From Waddliaceae bacterium (GTDB lineage Bacteria > Chlamydiota > Chlamydiia > Chlamydiales > SLOH01), in contig JBBDJA010000010.1 of the NCBI GenBank assembly GCA_040880105.1, positions 41,317-105,316 of the forward strand: a stretch of DNA of 64,000 nucleotides, read 5' to 3'. Position numbers and translations under genes: made by a program. Shown in pieces: positions 1-8,002 of this stretch (the stretch's first letter is position 1; the number at the start of each line of letters is the position of its first letter). A model generated the notes under the pieces. That model did not search any database, was not told the DNA's origin, and saw only the letters and a program-made list of their open reading frames with translations.

Positions 1-1
1 G

Positions 2-1879
2 GAGTATTCAATTTCTTCACACGGTGCTCGTAAAGGTCTCTCCGATACAGCGTTGAAAACCGCAGACTCAGGTTACTTAACGAGACGTCTAGTCGATGTC
101 GCTCAAGACGTGATTGTCACAGAAGATGATTGCGGAACACTTAACGGAATTGAAGTCTCTGCAATTAAACAGGGACAAGAAGAACTTCTTCCTATTAAGG
201 AGAGAATCTTTGGACGCACGCTTTGTGAAAATGTTTACCTTCCAGGGGATCAGACAAAGCTCTTAGGAAAAGCAGGTGACATATTGACTGTCAAACAGGC
301 AGAGAAAATTGATGATGCAGGGATTGAATCAGTCAAGATTCGGTCTGCATTAACATGCGAAACAAAACGCGGCGTATGTAAGAAGTGCTACGGAATTAAC
401 CTCGCAAACGGACGGTATGTAAGCCAAGGTGAAGCTGTCGGTATTATTGCCGCTCAGTCAATCGGTGAACCTGGAACGCAGTTGACAATGAGAACGTTCC
501 ACTTAGGGGGTATTGCCTCTACATCTGTGACACCTGAAATTATTGCTGAGCATGACGGAATCGTCGTTTATGAAGATTTGCGCACAGTTAAAAATGAAGA
601 AGGACAGTGGGTTGTTCTAAATAAAAATGGATCTTTACATGTTCTTCGTGATGAAGGTAGGACGCTTGAAGCATATAAAAAACTACTCTCAACTAAATCT
701 ATCGAGCCTCTTCAGACATTTACTGTTGAGCTTGGAACAAAAATTTTCGTTGAGGACGGCTCAAGTATCCAAAAATCTAAAATGATTGGTCAATGGGAAC
801 AGCATAATATCCCGATTATTTGCGACAAACCCGGTTACCTTAAGTATGAAGATCTTGTTGAAGGAATTTCTATTGAAAAAGAAATTAGCAAACAAACAGG
901 ACAGACTGAGCTTATCGTAAAACAGCACCGCGGAGAGCTCCATCCACAGATTTTAATTTTTGCTGATAAAGAGTTCACAGAACTTGTGGGAACATATCCA
1001 ATCCCATCCAGCGCGATTATCTCTGTGAAGGAGGGGCAGTTCGCCTCAGCTGGTACGTTGCTTGCGAGACTTCCTCGCGGCGCGCTTAAGACAAAAGATA
1101 TTACGGGTGGTCTTCCACGTGTAGCTGAATTATTTGAAGCTCGCAAACCAAAAGATGCCGCTGAAATTGCTAAAATCGATGGTGAAGTAGACTTCAGAGG
1201 CGTCCAAAAGAATAAGCGTATTGTTGTGGTTCGTGACAATGCAACCGGAGTAGAAGAAGAGCACTTAATTCCATTAACAAAGCACTTGATTGCTCAAAAA
1301 GGTGATTTTGTGATTAAGGGTCAGCAGCTTACAGATGGTGTTGTAATTCCGCATGAAATCTTAGATATTTGCGGCGTACGTGAGCTACAGAAGTATCTTG
1401 TTAACCAAGTGCAAGAGGTCTATCGCTTGCAGGGTGTTGATATTAACGATAAACACATTGAAATTATCGTTCGTCAAATGCTCAAAAAACTCAGAGTCAC
1501 AGATCCGGGCGATACAAGCTTCCTCTTCGGTGAAGAAGTCGATAAGAGAGACTTTGAGCTAGAAAACCATAAAGTGGTTGATGAAGGTGGAAAAGCCGCA
1601 CAAGCTGCACCTGTTTTACTTGGAATCACTAAGGCTTCATTAAGTACGGAGTCCTTTATTTCAGCTGCGTCATTCCAAGATACAACACGTGTCTTGACTG
1701 ATGCTGCATGTTCTGGAAAAGTTGACAAATTACGAGGTTTTAAAGAAAACGTCATTATGGGTCACATCATTCCAGGTGGTACCGGCTATGAGCAACACCG
1801 CGCAGTTGGTAAATTCGTAGATGAAGAGAAGATAGGGGAACTTGTCTTTGATTTTGATGACGAAGTCATTAACGTATAA
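2..1879 (+). CDS. rpoC: DNA-directed RNA polymerase subunit beta', C-terminal ~625 codons (5' end outside window)
   Basis: The frame is open from nt 2; the track ORF starts at an internal TTG at 53. Translation reads ..SSHGARKGLSDTALKTADSGYLTRRLVDVAQD.. and ..AAQSIGEPGTQLTMRTFHLGG.., both beta' hallmark motifs. TAA at 1877-1879. Confidence 0.97.
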   Translation, partial: EYSISSHGARKGLSDTALKTADSGYLTRRLVDVAQDVIVTEDDCGTLNGIEVSAIKQGQEELLPIKERIFGRTLCENVYLPGDQTKLLGKAGDILTVKQAEKIDDAGIESVKIRSALTCETKRGVCKKCYGINLANGRYVSQGEAVGIIAAQSIGEPGTQLTMRTFHLGGIASTSVTPEIIAEHDGIVVYEDLRTVKNEEGQWVVLNKNGSLHVLRDEGRTLEAYKKLLSTKSIEPLQTFTVELGTKIFVEDGSSIQKSKMIGQWEQHNIPIICDKPGYLKYEDLVEGISIEKEISKQTGQTELIVKQHRGELHPQILIFADKEFTELVGTYPIPSSAIISVKEGQFASAGTLLARLPRGALKTKDITGGLPRVAELFEARKPKDAAEIAKIDGEVDFRGVQKNKRIVVVRDNATGVEEEHLIPLTKHLIAQKGDFVIKGQQLTDGVVIPHEILDICGVRELQKYLVNQVQEVYRLQGVDINDKHIEIIVRQMLKKLRVTDPGDTSFLFGEEVDKRDFELENHKVVDEGGKAAQAAPVLLGITKASLSTESFISAASFQDTTRVLTDAACSGKVDKLRGFKENVIMGHIIPGGTGYEQHRAVGKFVDEEKIGELVFDFDDEVINV

Positions 1880-1895
1880 AGCTTTCGATTCTCTT

Positions 1896-1928
1896 GTTGC
1901 CTCCGGATGATCTGGAGGCAACTTTTTC
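1896..1928 (+). terminator. Rho-independent terminator after rpoC
   Basis: Perfect 9-bp stem GTTGCCTCC (1896-1904) / GGAGGCAAC (1914-1922), a 9-nt loop, then TTTTT (1923-1927), 17 nt after the rpoC stop. Confidence 0.75.
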
Positions 1929-2050
1929 AAATACTCAAGATCAGTCCAGATATAGACTAAAGATTGTAAATAAATTTCTAAATAATCTGATCGTCAAGAT
2001 TTTCCGCTCTCATCTTAAAATTAGAACGTTCACGGTTGTTTAAGGAAGGT

Positions 2051-2196
2051 CTGATTAACTCAGGTTAATTTAATTTTGCATGATTTTTTTCTAAAATTCG
2101 AAAAAAAAATCGAGCTTAACTGTTGGTAGTTAGGTGAGTGTATTTTATCGAATTCCCTCGAAAAAGGCACTGAATTTAATAAGTTCAGTTAATCAG
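2051..2196 (+). repeat. Copy E1 of a ~147-bp MITE/REP-like intergenic repeat with terminal inverted repeats
   Basis: Left end is ctgattaactcag; the right end reverse-complements to ctgattaactgaa. By hand alignment the interior matches the reverse complement of 38109-38256 along its whole length, e.g. ttaatttaattttgcatgatttttttctaaaattcgaa vs cgattaaattttgtatgaattttttctaaaatccgaa. Confidence 0.8.
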
Positions 2197-2280
2197 ATTT
2201 TCTTTATGCTTTAGGAACCTATGAATGACTCGGTTTCTATTAAACAAGAACTTCAGCACAAATCCCAAACAACAATCTAT

Positions 2281-2340
2281 CTTAACGTTTTGATAGTTAA
2301 GTGTGTACGTATATATCGAATACCCTAGAAAAAGGCGAAA
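2281..2340 (+). repeat. Partial copy (central/right part) of the same repeat
   Basis: cttaacgttttgatagttaagtgtgtacgtatatatcgaataccctagaaaaaggcg aligns with E1 interior cttaactgttggtagttaggtgagtgtattttatcgaattccctcgaaaaaggca. It is followed by the hairpin AAAAAGGCGA..TCGCCTTTTT (about 2329-2362). Confidence 0.65.
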
Positions 2341-2578
2341 AGTGCATCAACATCGCCTTTTTAGAGTTTCTTTTAGGTGGATAACTTCGATTTTTCACTC
2401 ATATGATAAAATACATAGAAATTCTCAAAAGGCGATATGTATTTATATGAGTTGTTCACTATTGACTTCCTATACCCCTAGAGACTAAAAAAAAACTGAT
2501 TTCTTGTGAATTCGGTTGAACAATAAATCTTTTAACGCTATATCTATTGACTTATGAAAGTACATATCTAAGGTCTAT

Positions 2579-2812
2579 ATGAAAAAGTTTTTTTGCCTCG
2601 CACTCTTGACCACTTCTATGAATATGAATGCACATGATATGAACTATCAGGATGCAGGAATTGCCTATACCCAATCAAGAGAATCTACAAATAGATTTAC
2701 AGCGATTTCATTTGCTACTTTTTCTGTTGCATTGTTAACGGGTTTAATTATAAATGCAAATGGCGGATCGAAAAGTACGAAACTGGGTGGAAGTTCAAGT
2801 CATAACGGATAA
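2579..2812 (+). CDS. Small secreted/membrane-anchored protein, family member A (77 aa, Cys-free ectodomain)
   Basis: Has an N-terminal signal-like segment MKKFFCLALLTTSMNMNA, a C-terminal hydrophobic helix AISFATFSVALLTGLIINA, and a short polar tail ending SSSHNG. AAGG lies upstream of the ATG. First of three tandem same-strand genes with the same architecture. Confidence 0.55.
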   Translation: MKKFFCLALLTTSMNMNAHDMNYQDAGIAYTQSRESTNRFTAISFATFSVALLTGLIINANGGSKSTKLGGSSSHNG

Positions 2813-2833
2813 TTTAAGTTACGGAGAATGTAA

Positions 2834-3073
2834 ATGAATAAATTTAAGAAAATCATCACTGGTCTTGCTTTGACTACAATGGCAAGTTCATCAGTTGGAA
2901 CTTTATCAGCAGATCCTTGCTGTTATAACAACACCGGCTACGGATATCAAGACTGCTGCCGCGCACCTTGTATATCACCATACGTGGCTCTTGGAGTTGT
3001 CACTGTAGCTGCAGTTATCGCTGTGCTTGTAAATAACAAAAAATCTGATAACGGTCACTTATCTCACGATTAA
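2834..3073 (+). CDS. Small Cys-rich signal-peptide/single-TM protein, family member B (79 aa)
   Basis: GGAG lies 8 nt upstream of the ATG. Signal peptide is ..LALTTMASSSVGTLSA; ectodomain DPCCYNNTGYGYQDCCRAPC has 5 Cys. TM helix is ISPYVALGVVTVAAVIAVLV, followed by NNKKSDNGHLSHD. Alignable with member C. Confidence 0.7.
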   Translation: MNKFKKIITGLALTTMASSSVGTLSADPCCYNNTGYGYQDCCRAPCISPYVALGVVTVAAVIAVLVNNKKSDNGHLSHD

Positions 3074-3083
3074 AATTCCTTGA

Positions 3084-3105
3084 ATGGAGACCCAAGGGTC
3101 TCCAT
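3084..3105. other. Near-perfect 22-bp palindrome / hairpin between members B and C
   Basis: ATGGAGACCC aa GGGTCTCCAT begins 11 nt after the stop of member B. There is no U-tract, so it is not a canonical intrinsic terminator. Confidence 0.5.
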
Positions 3106-3127
3106 CCAACTATTACAAAAGAAAAAT

Positions 3128-3412
3128 ATGTGTAAATCTTATATCCTATCTGTATTGACTATTATAACAACTCTCTCCTCATTTCAGCTGAATGCAGGAG
3201 CCTGCACCTCCTGTGTAGACTCTGTTGGACTTGATGGATGGTGTGATCGCCAAGAGTACTGTACTGATATTGGCGGATGTGGCTATCGAGATAGCTACGC
3301 CTCTTGTTGCATTACACCGGCTGTTGCCTTTGGCGCAGTTGCTTTGGGTGTGATCATCGCAGTCGCATTTCATAATAATAAGGGCGCGCACGATCATGTG
3401 CACTGTGACTAG
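3128..3412 (+). CDS. Small Cys-rich signal-peptide/single-TM protein, family member C (94 aa from ATG 3128)
   Basis: The track ORF starts at TTG 3080, which would read through the palindrome, so ATG 3128 is preferred. Signal is MCKSYILSVLTIITTLSSFQLNA. The ectodomain has 7 Cys (ACTSCVDS..WCDRQEYCTDIGGCGYRDSYASCC). TM helix is ITPAVAFGAVALGVIIAVAF, with tail HNNKGAHDHVHCD. Confidence 0.65.
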   Translation: MCKSYILSVLTIITTLSSFQLNAGACTSCVDSVGLDGWCDRQEYCTDIGGCGYRDSYASCCITPAVAFGAVALGVIIAVAFHNNKGAHDHVHCD

Positions 3413-3545
3413 CTTTCGTTTAGCTAACTAGAAACGTCAAATTTATCAATCTGCTATTTACTTTGATCTACGATATTTGCGATTTTGAAACACCACTTGG
3501 ATTAGATGTCTCTTTTTGGAGATAATGTTAGAAGATTTTTCTTGA

Positions 3546-5213
3546 TTACTCATATGTTTCAATGTTGTCAATTGTCTCAAGGTATTGATTCACAAAGAGA
3601 AACTGGTTGCGAATCCATTTTCCCTCACTATCAAAATCATTAAGAAAATGAAAAAACTCAGAAAACTGATAGCGGTATTCAAGAAGCTCGCGCTGAATAA
3701 TCTGGGAGCCCTTCTTTTCTTCTTTTACGTCATTTAAGAATGCACTTAATTTGTTTTCTACATCTTGTATCAATAAATTGAGCTCATTTGCATGTCGATA
3801 TGCCTTTCTAGAAGTCACCCATTTTTGGCACTTGGAAATTGCGTTAGTAAAACATTCTTTCCGCCTTTGATGCTCTTCGTCTTTCGGTATAGAATCGATT
3901 CCGCAGTGGAGTTTGTATAATTGGTGAAAAAGTGGGAATTCAAATAGAACCTGGTGTCGCCAATCTATACTAATGGCTTTGGATAATGCAGATCCAACAA
4001 CTTGAACAACCTTAGGGTCTTTGGAGCCAAGTTCATCTAGTCCTTCAAGTTGTTCCAATAGTTTTTCTGCTCGGGAGCGTAAAAGATGGCGGGGAGTTAG
4101 TGGTTGTCCCATTTCATGTAGAGTCGCATCAATTTCATCTGCAGGGTTTTGTAGGGGAGTCTCTACTCTATTTTGAGTGGAAGCTTGAAGGTCCTCATAT
4201 AGTTCATCTAATTGCTCAACTTCAAAAACAAGATTTAAAAGTTTACGAGTCTGCGTAGGCTCAGGTCCCACAACCCATTCAGAAAATCCAAAGCGGGTGC
4301 GCACATATGGGTTGGGGTGGGTACGTAAAAAGAAATTACGATAGGTAGCTATGGTAGCTTTAAGCGAGCGTACCTCTCTTCGAAATGCGTTGAATTGATC
4401 TTTAGTGGGAATTTTTAATTGATCAGACTTAATTGTCCGGCTTAAGGCGAAAAGTTGCTCGGTCGCCTGATCGAAGTATGTTTTGAAGTGAGTTGTCATT
4501 TGTTCAATACTAATGCGACTACGTAAAAGGCGCGCAATGTCCTTGGGAGGTATCGCATGTGTCTTTTCATCTAACTGCCACATTTTTAATAGTCTGTGAA
4601 GTTCTTTGTAATCTTGTTTCGTCTTACTATCTAATGATGAAAATATTTTAAAATGTTCAAATTTCTTTAATGAGTGCTCGACTTTCTGTTGCAAAACTTG
4701 AAAGTTTTCGTAGCGTGTATGAAAACTGTTCTTTTGACTTTTTAGCTGATAGACACTTTTCTTAAGATATGAGTTAAGGGATCGATCTAAAATGGAAACA
4801 AATGGGTAATATAATCTTTTAAAAAACGTCTGAATCTTTCCTTTTTTCTTTTCGTTCTTTAGGCGAATTTTCCATAGCGAGTTCTCAAGTTTGTCTATGG
4901 TGAAAAGGGCGCCTTTCATCTTCTCCATTAGGACTGTTGAGATATCATTAACAATTTTACAGAGGCCTTCAGTCCATTGATCAAAGTTGATTTGTTTCAC
5001 ATGTCTATACAATTCAACAGAAAACCCATCAAGTAGCTCAACATATTCCCAAAGAAGGTTGTTAATTCGGCTTGCTTCATGTTCCCATTGTTCAGTGTCA
5101 GCGACTCTTAGCAAAAGCAGTTCGGACTCCTTTTCTTGTAAATACGCTTTAAGTTTTTCCGCAACTTCTAGATCTAAAGATGCGACACCGTGAAATTCAA
5201 TCGGATCAGACAT
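3546..5213 (-). CDS. Hypothetical protein, 555 aa, predicted largely helical, no recognised domain
   Basis: Long uninterrupted ORF, convergent with the small-protein genes. Rich in E/K/L/Q with heptad-like stretches; no signal peptide or TM seen. I recognise no family motif. Confidence 0.75.
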   Translation of the reverse strand: MSDPIEFHGVASLDLEVAEKLKAYLQEKESELLLLRVADTEQWEHEASRINNLLWEYVELLDGFSVELYRHVKQINFDQWTEGLCKIVNDISTVLMEKMKGALFTIDKLENSLWKIRLKNEKKKGKIQTFFKRLYYPFVSILDRSLNSYLKKSVYQLKSQKNSFHTRYENFQVLQQKVEHSLKKFEHFKIFSSLDSKTKQDYKELHRLLKMWQLDEKTHAIPPKDIARLLRSRISIEQMTTHFKTYFDQATEQLFALSRTIKSDQLKIPTKDQFNAFRREVRSLKATIATYRNFFLRTHPNPYVRTRFGFSEWVVGPEPTQTRKLLNLVFEVEQLDELYEDLQASTQNRVETPLQNPADEIDATLHEMGQPLTPRHLLRSRAEKLLEQLEGLDELGSKDPKVVQVVGSALSKAISIDWRHQVLFEFPLFHQLYKLHCGIDSIPKDEEHQRRKECFTNAISKCQKWVTSRKAYRHANELNLLIQDVENKLSAFLNDVKEEKKGSQIIQRELLEYRYQFSEFFHFLNDFDSEGKWIRNQFLFVNQYLETIDNIETYE

Positions 5214-5323
5214 TAAAAGTGACTCCCTTAGTAATATTCATATTAGAGCACATACAATATTTTTCACTAGCAATTTACGCATCTTTATCAGTAAGATGTG
5301 TCGTATATGCAACAGGAGAAAGT

Positions 5324-5680
5324 ATGCAAAAAGGGTCAAATCTAGAGTTTAAATGTCTTGAATGTGAAAAAGCTGTCTTTTTTTCCCTTGTGAATGTATC
5401 TAGAGACACCTCAGTTGAATGTTTTGATTGCGGAAAAAAATACTTGTTTAATGACGAAACTTTGATCCGTCAACTTCAAAAATTTCAATCACTTTGCGAA
5501 AAGATCCACGAGTGCGAAGAGATTCTTGGCAATACTTCTGTTGGAATTGATGTCGGAAAGGAGCAAGTTAAGGTTCCCTATAAACTTTTACTAACAAGAC
5601 TGAGTTCCTGTCTTGAACTTAAAATTGGAGATAAACCCCTTACGATATTCTTTCGTTTCGAACCATTGGAGATTAGATGA
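5324..5680 (+). CDS. Small zinc-ribbon protein (118 aa from ATG 5324), translationally coupled to tal
   Basis: AGGAGA lies 5 nt upstream of ATG 5324; the track start at 5180 has no SD. Contains CLECEK..(17 aa)..CFDCGK, a CxxC..CxxC pair. The stop overlaps the tal start (ATGA at 5677-5680). It occupies the same position as the small hypothetical gene between rpoC and tal in Chlamydia (from memory). Confidence 0.7.
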   Translation: MQKGSNLEFKCLECEKAVFFSLVNVSRDTSVECFDCGKKYLFNDETLIRQLQKFQSLCEKIHECEEILGNTSVGIDVGKEQVKVPYKLLLTRLSSCLELKIGDKPLTIFFRFEPLEIR

Positions 5681-6639
5681 ATCAGTTAGAACAATTAAAG
5701 CAGATGACAACAATTGTAGCAGACACAGGAGAGGTCGAAGAAATCAGAAAATATATTCCTCAAGATGCTACGACAAATCCAACACTTATTATGAAGGCAT
5801 CAGGTCAGCCGGAATACGATTATCTTATTGAAGACGCTGTCAAATATGCCAAAACAAAGGGGAGTGCTGAAGTCGCGCAAGAAATGTTTTTGCTTCCTAA
5901 GCTTTTTGTTAATTTTGGAGCAGAAATACTAAAGATTATTCCTGGCAGAGTGTCAACAGAGGTCGATGCGCACCTCTCTTTCAGTGTACAAGGAAGTATA
6001 GACCAAGCAAGGTTTATCATTTCACTATATGAAGAAATGGGTATTCCAAGAGATCGAGTATTAATCAAGCTTGCATCTACTTGGGAAGGGATAATGGCCG
6101 CGCGAGCACTTGAAAAGGAGGGGATTCATTGCAATATGACTTTGTTATTTTCTCTTGTTCAGGCTGTCGCATGCGCTGATGCCAAAGCCACTTTGATTTC
6201 TCCATTTGTCGGACGTATTCTTGATTGGTATAAAAAGTCAGAAGGCGTTGAGGGATATGCCCCGGAAGAGGACCCTGGGGTGCGTTCAGTAGCTACCATT
6301 TATCATTACCTGAAGCACCACAATCATCCTATTTTGATTATGGGAGCGAGTTTTAGAAATAAAGAGGAGATTATCCAGCTTGCTGGCTGCGATTTACTGA
6401 CAATTTCTCCTCAGCTTTTAGCGGAACTTGAAAAAAGTAAAGACCCCGTTGTACGTAAATTGGATCCCGAAAAAGCAAAGCTTACCCCGATTGAGCAAAT
6501 TCCTATTGATGAAGAATCTTTTCGCTACCGTCTTAATGATGATGCAATGGCAACAGAAAAACTAGGCGAAGGAATTCGTGGATTTGCAAGAGATTATACT
6601 AAGCTTAAACAAACGATCGTAAAGAAATATTTTAGCTAA
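5677..6639 (+). CDS. tal: Transaldolase
   Basis: MNQLEQLKQMTTIVADTGEVEEIRKYIPQDATTNPTLI.. and ..RVSTEVDA..LIKLASTWEGI.. are classical transaldolase motifs. Length 320 aa. Confidence 0.97.
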   Translation: MNQLEQLKQMTTIVADTGEVEEIRKYIPQDATTNPTLIMKASGQPEYDYLIEDAVKYAKTKGSAEVAQEMFLLPKLFVNFGAEILKIIPGRVSTEVDAHLSFSVQGSIDQARFIISLYEEMGIPRDRVLIKLASTWEGIMAARALEKEGIHCNMTLLFSLVQAVACADAKATLISPFVGRILDWYKKSEGVEGYAPEEDPGVRSVATIYHYLKHHNHPILIMGASFRNKEEIIQLAGCDLLTISPQLLAELEKSKDPVVRKLDPEKAKLTPIEQIPIDEESFRYRLNDDAMATEKLGEGIRGFARDYTKLKQTIVKKYFS

Positions 6640-6650
6640 AATCAAAGGAA

Positions 6651-6679
6651 GCCTCTGAAAGAATAGATTCTTCAGAGGC
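6651..6679. terminator. Bidirectional terminator hairpin between convergent tal and 6684-7187
   Basis: GCCTCTGAA (6651-6659) pairs with TTCAGAGGC (6671-6679). It is followed by CTCTTTT on the plus strand and preceded by an A/T-rich run. Confidence 0.65.
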
Positions 6680-6683
6680 TCTT

Positions 6684-7187
6684 TTACTTATTGATCTCCA
6701 AAGAGCGAATCGCAGCAAAGAACTCTTGGTAGAATTTTGGAAATTCGTCTTTTAAGGCAGCTGCGGAAAGAATATGCATGGTCCCATTTTTAATGAACAT
6801 GGCATGCATCATTTTCACTTGCCCCCACTGCGTCATTTGAATGGCTTCTGAGAGCTCAGCCTTTCCAGCTTTAGTCTGCACTTGACCAAGCCTCTTCCAT
6901 TCCGAACGATTTTCTTGATTGATTTTTTTGACAATTCCCAAGTAGTCCTCCATGCTTCCACTGAATGATTCAGTTGCAAGATTTATCGAGGGGGGAAACG
7001 GGCTTCCGTTTCCTATCACCATAAATTCAACACTTGGAGGAAGGTCTTTTTTATCTGCTAAGTGCCATCCTTTTGGGGGAGTAAATGAGATAGACTCTTG
7101 CGTATTTGTGTCTGACTGAGAGCCGTATGTGGAGGGTATCTGCAAGAGAATAAGTAAAACGCTTAGGATAAAAAGTTCTCTTTTCAT
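6684..7187 (-). CDS. Secreted hypothetical protein (167 aa), possibly PsbP/DcrB-like fold
   Basis: Signal peptide is MKRELFILSVLLILLQIPSTYG. The body shows F.PPKGW...SINLATESF..SMEDYL.. patterns. It occupies the position of the hypothetical gene between tal and atpE in Chlamydia. The fold assignment is tentative. Confidence 0.7.
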   Translation of the reverse strand: MKRELFILSVLLILLQIPSTYGSQSDTNTQESISFTPPKGWHLADKKDLPPSVEFMVIGNGSPFPPSINLATESFSGSMEDYLGIVKKINQENRSEWKRLGQVQTKAGKAELSEAIQMTQWGQVKMMHAMFIKNGTMHILSAAALKDEFPKFYQEFFAAIRSLEINK

Positions 7188-7381
7188 GGGATTCCTTAAT
7201 GATTAATGTGCCTTTGTATATCATACAGCTCTCTTTTGTTGCTAATATCTTTGCACTGTGGTAGATACATTAGTTGTACATGTGGTCGAAGTTTTTCTTG
7301 GTTGAAATTTCTATTCGAGGACAATATGATAGCAGCAAAGTACGTGATGATAGTTTGACCCTCTATAAAAGGACAATAAAG

Positions 7382-8002
7382 ATGAAAACTTTAGAGAAAA
7401 GTGAGAATAAGGTTCAGCAAATTTGCGAGCAGATCAGAAATGAGACAATTGAGCCTGCCGAAAGAGAGGCTAAAGCAATTGTTCAAAGTGCGCAAGAGGA
7501 AGCCAAAGCGATTGTTTCCCAGGCAGAGCAACACGTTGAAAAGATGTTTGTTGAGGCTAAAAGGAAAATCGAACAAGAACGCAATGTCTTTACCTCATCT
7601 CTACAGCAAGGGGCAAAACAAGTTCTTGATAGACTTAGACAGTCGATTGAAACGAAACTTTTTAATCCTGAGTTGAATCGATTAGTGTCAGAGCCGATGA
7701 ATGATCCTAAACTGATTTCAAAGGTGATACTTGCGATCACTGACTCGATTAAGCAAGAGGGAATCTCTTCGGATTTTTCTGTCGTTGTTTCAAATGCAAT
7801 TAACAAAGAAGAGCTTGCCGAGCTGATTGGCAAAAGCGCGCTTGACCGATTGAGGGATAAACAGTTGACCGTTGATGCCATTGGTGGCGGGGTTAAAGTT
7901 AAGCTTCATGACAAGAAAGTAACTCTTGATTTCTCTGAAGAAGCACTAAAGGAGCTTTTAAGCCGTTATATAAGAAAAGACTTTAGAGAACTGATTTTTT
8001 AA
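7382..8002 (+). CDS. atpE: V-type ATPase subunit E
   Basis: ATG 7382 has AAGGA upstream; the track start at 7274 is unsupported. The N-terminus is a charged helix (EREAKAIVQSAQEEAKAIVSQAEQ) typical of subunit E. First gene of the V-ATPase operon. Confidence 0.85.
   Translation: MKTLEKSENKVQQICEQIRNETIEPAEREAKAIVQSAQEEAKAIVSQAEQHVEKMFVEAKRKIEQERNVFTSSLQQGAKQVLDRLRQSIETKLFNPELNRLVSEPMNDPKLISKVILAITDSIKQEGISSDFSVVVSNAINKEELAELIGKSALDRLRDKQLTVDAIGGGVKVKLHDKKVTLDFSEEALKELLSRYIRKDFRELIF

Noticed and set aside
761-1930. Track ORFs antisense or out of frame within rpoC (761-943, 835-1239, 1380-1562, 1474-1755, 1730-1930)
   Set aside because: They lie entirely inside the strongly supported rpoC frame or run through its terminator. 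They have low-complexity or odd composition and no SD. They are typical shadow ORFs.
2303-2488. 61-aa ORF in the rpoC-downstream spacer
   Set aside because: It starts inside the partial repeat copy and reads through the AAAAAGGCGA..TCGCCTTTTT hairpin. It has no SD and an implausible basic/aromatic composition.
5613-6068. ORFs 5613-5831 (+) and 5820-6068 (-) around the tal start
   Set aside because: They are out of frame or antisense to the Zn-ribbon/tal pair, whose ATGA coupling and transaldolase motifs are unambiguous.
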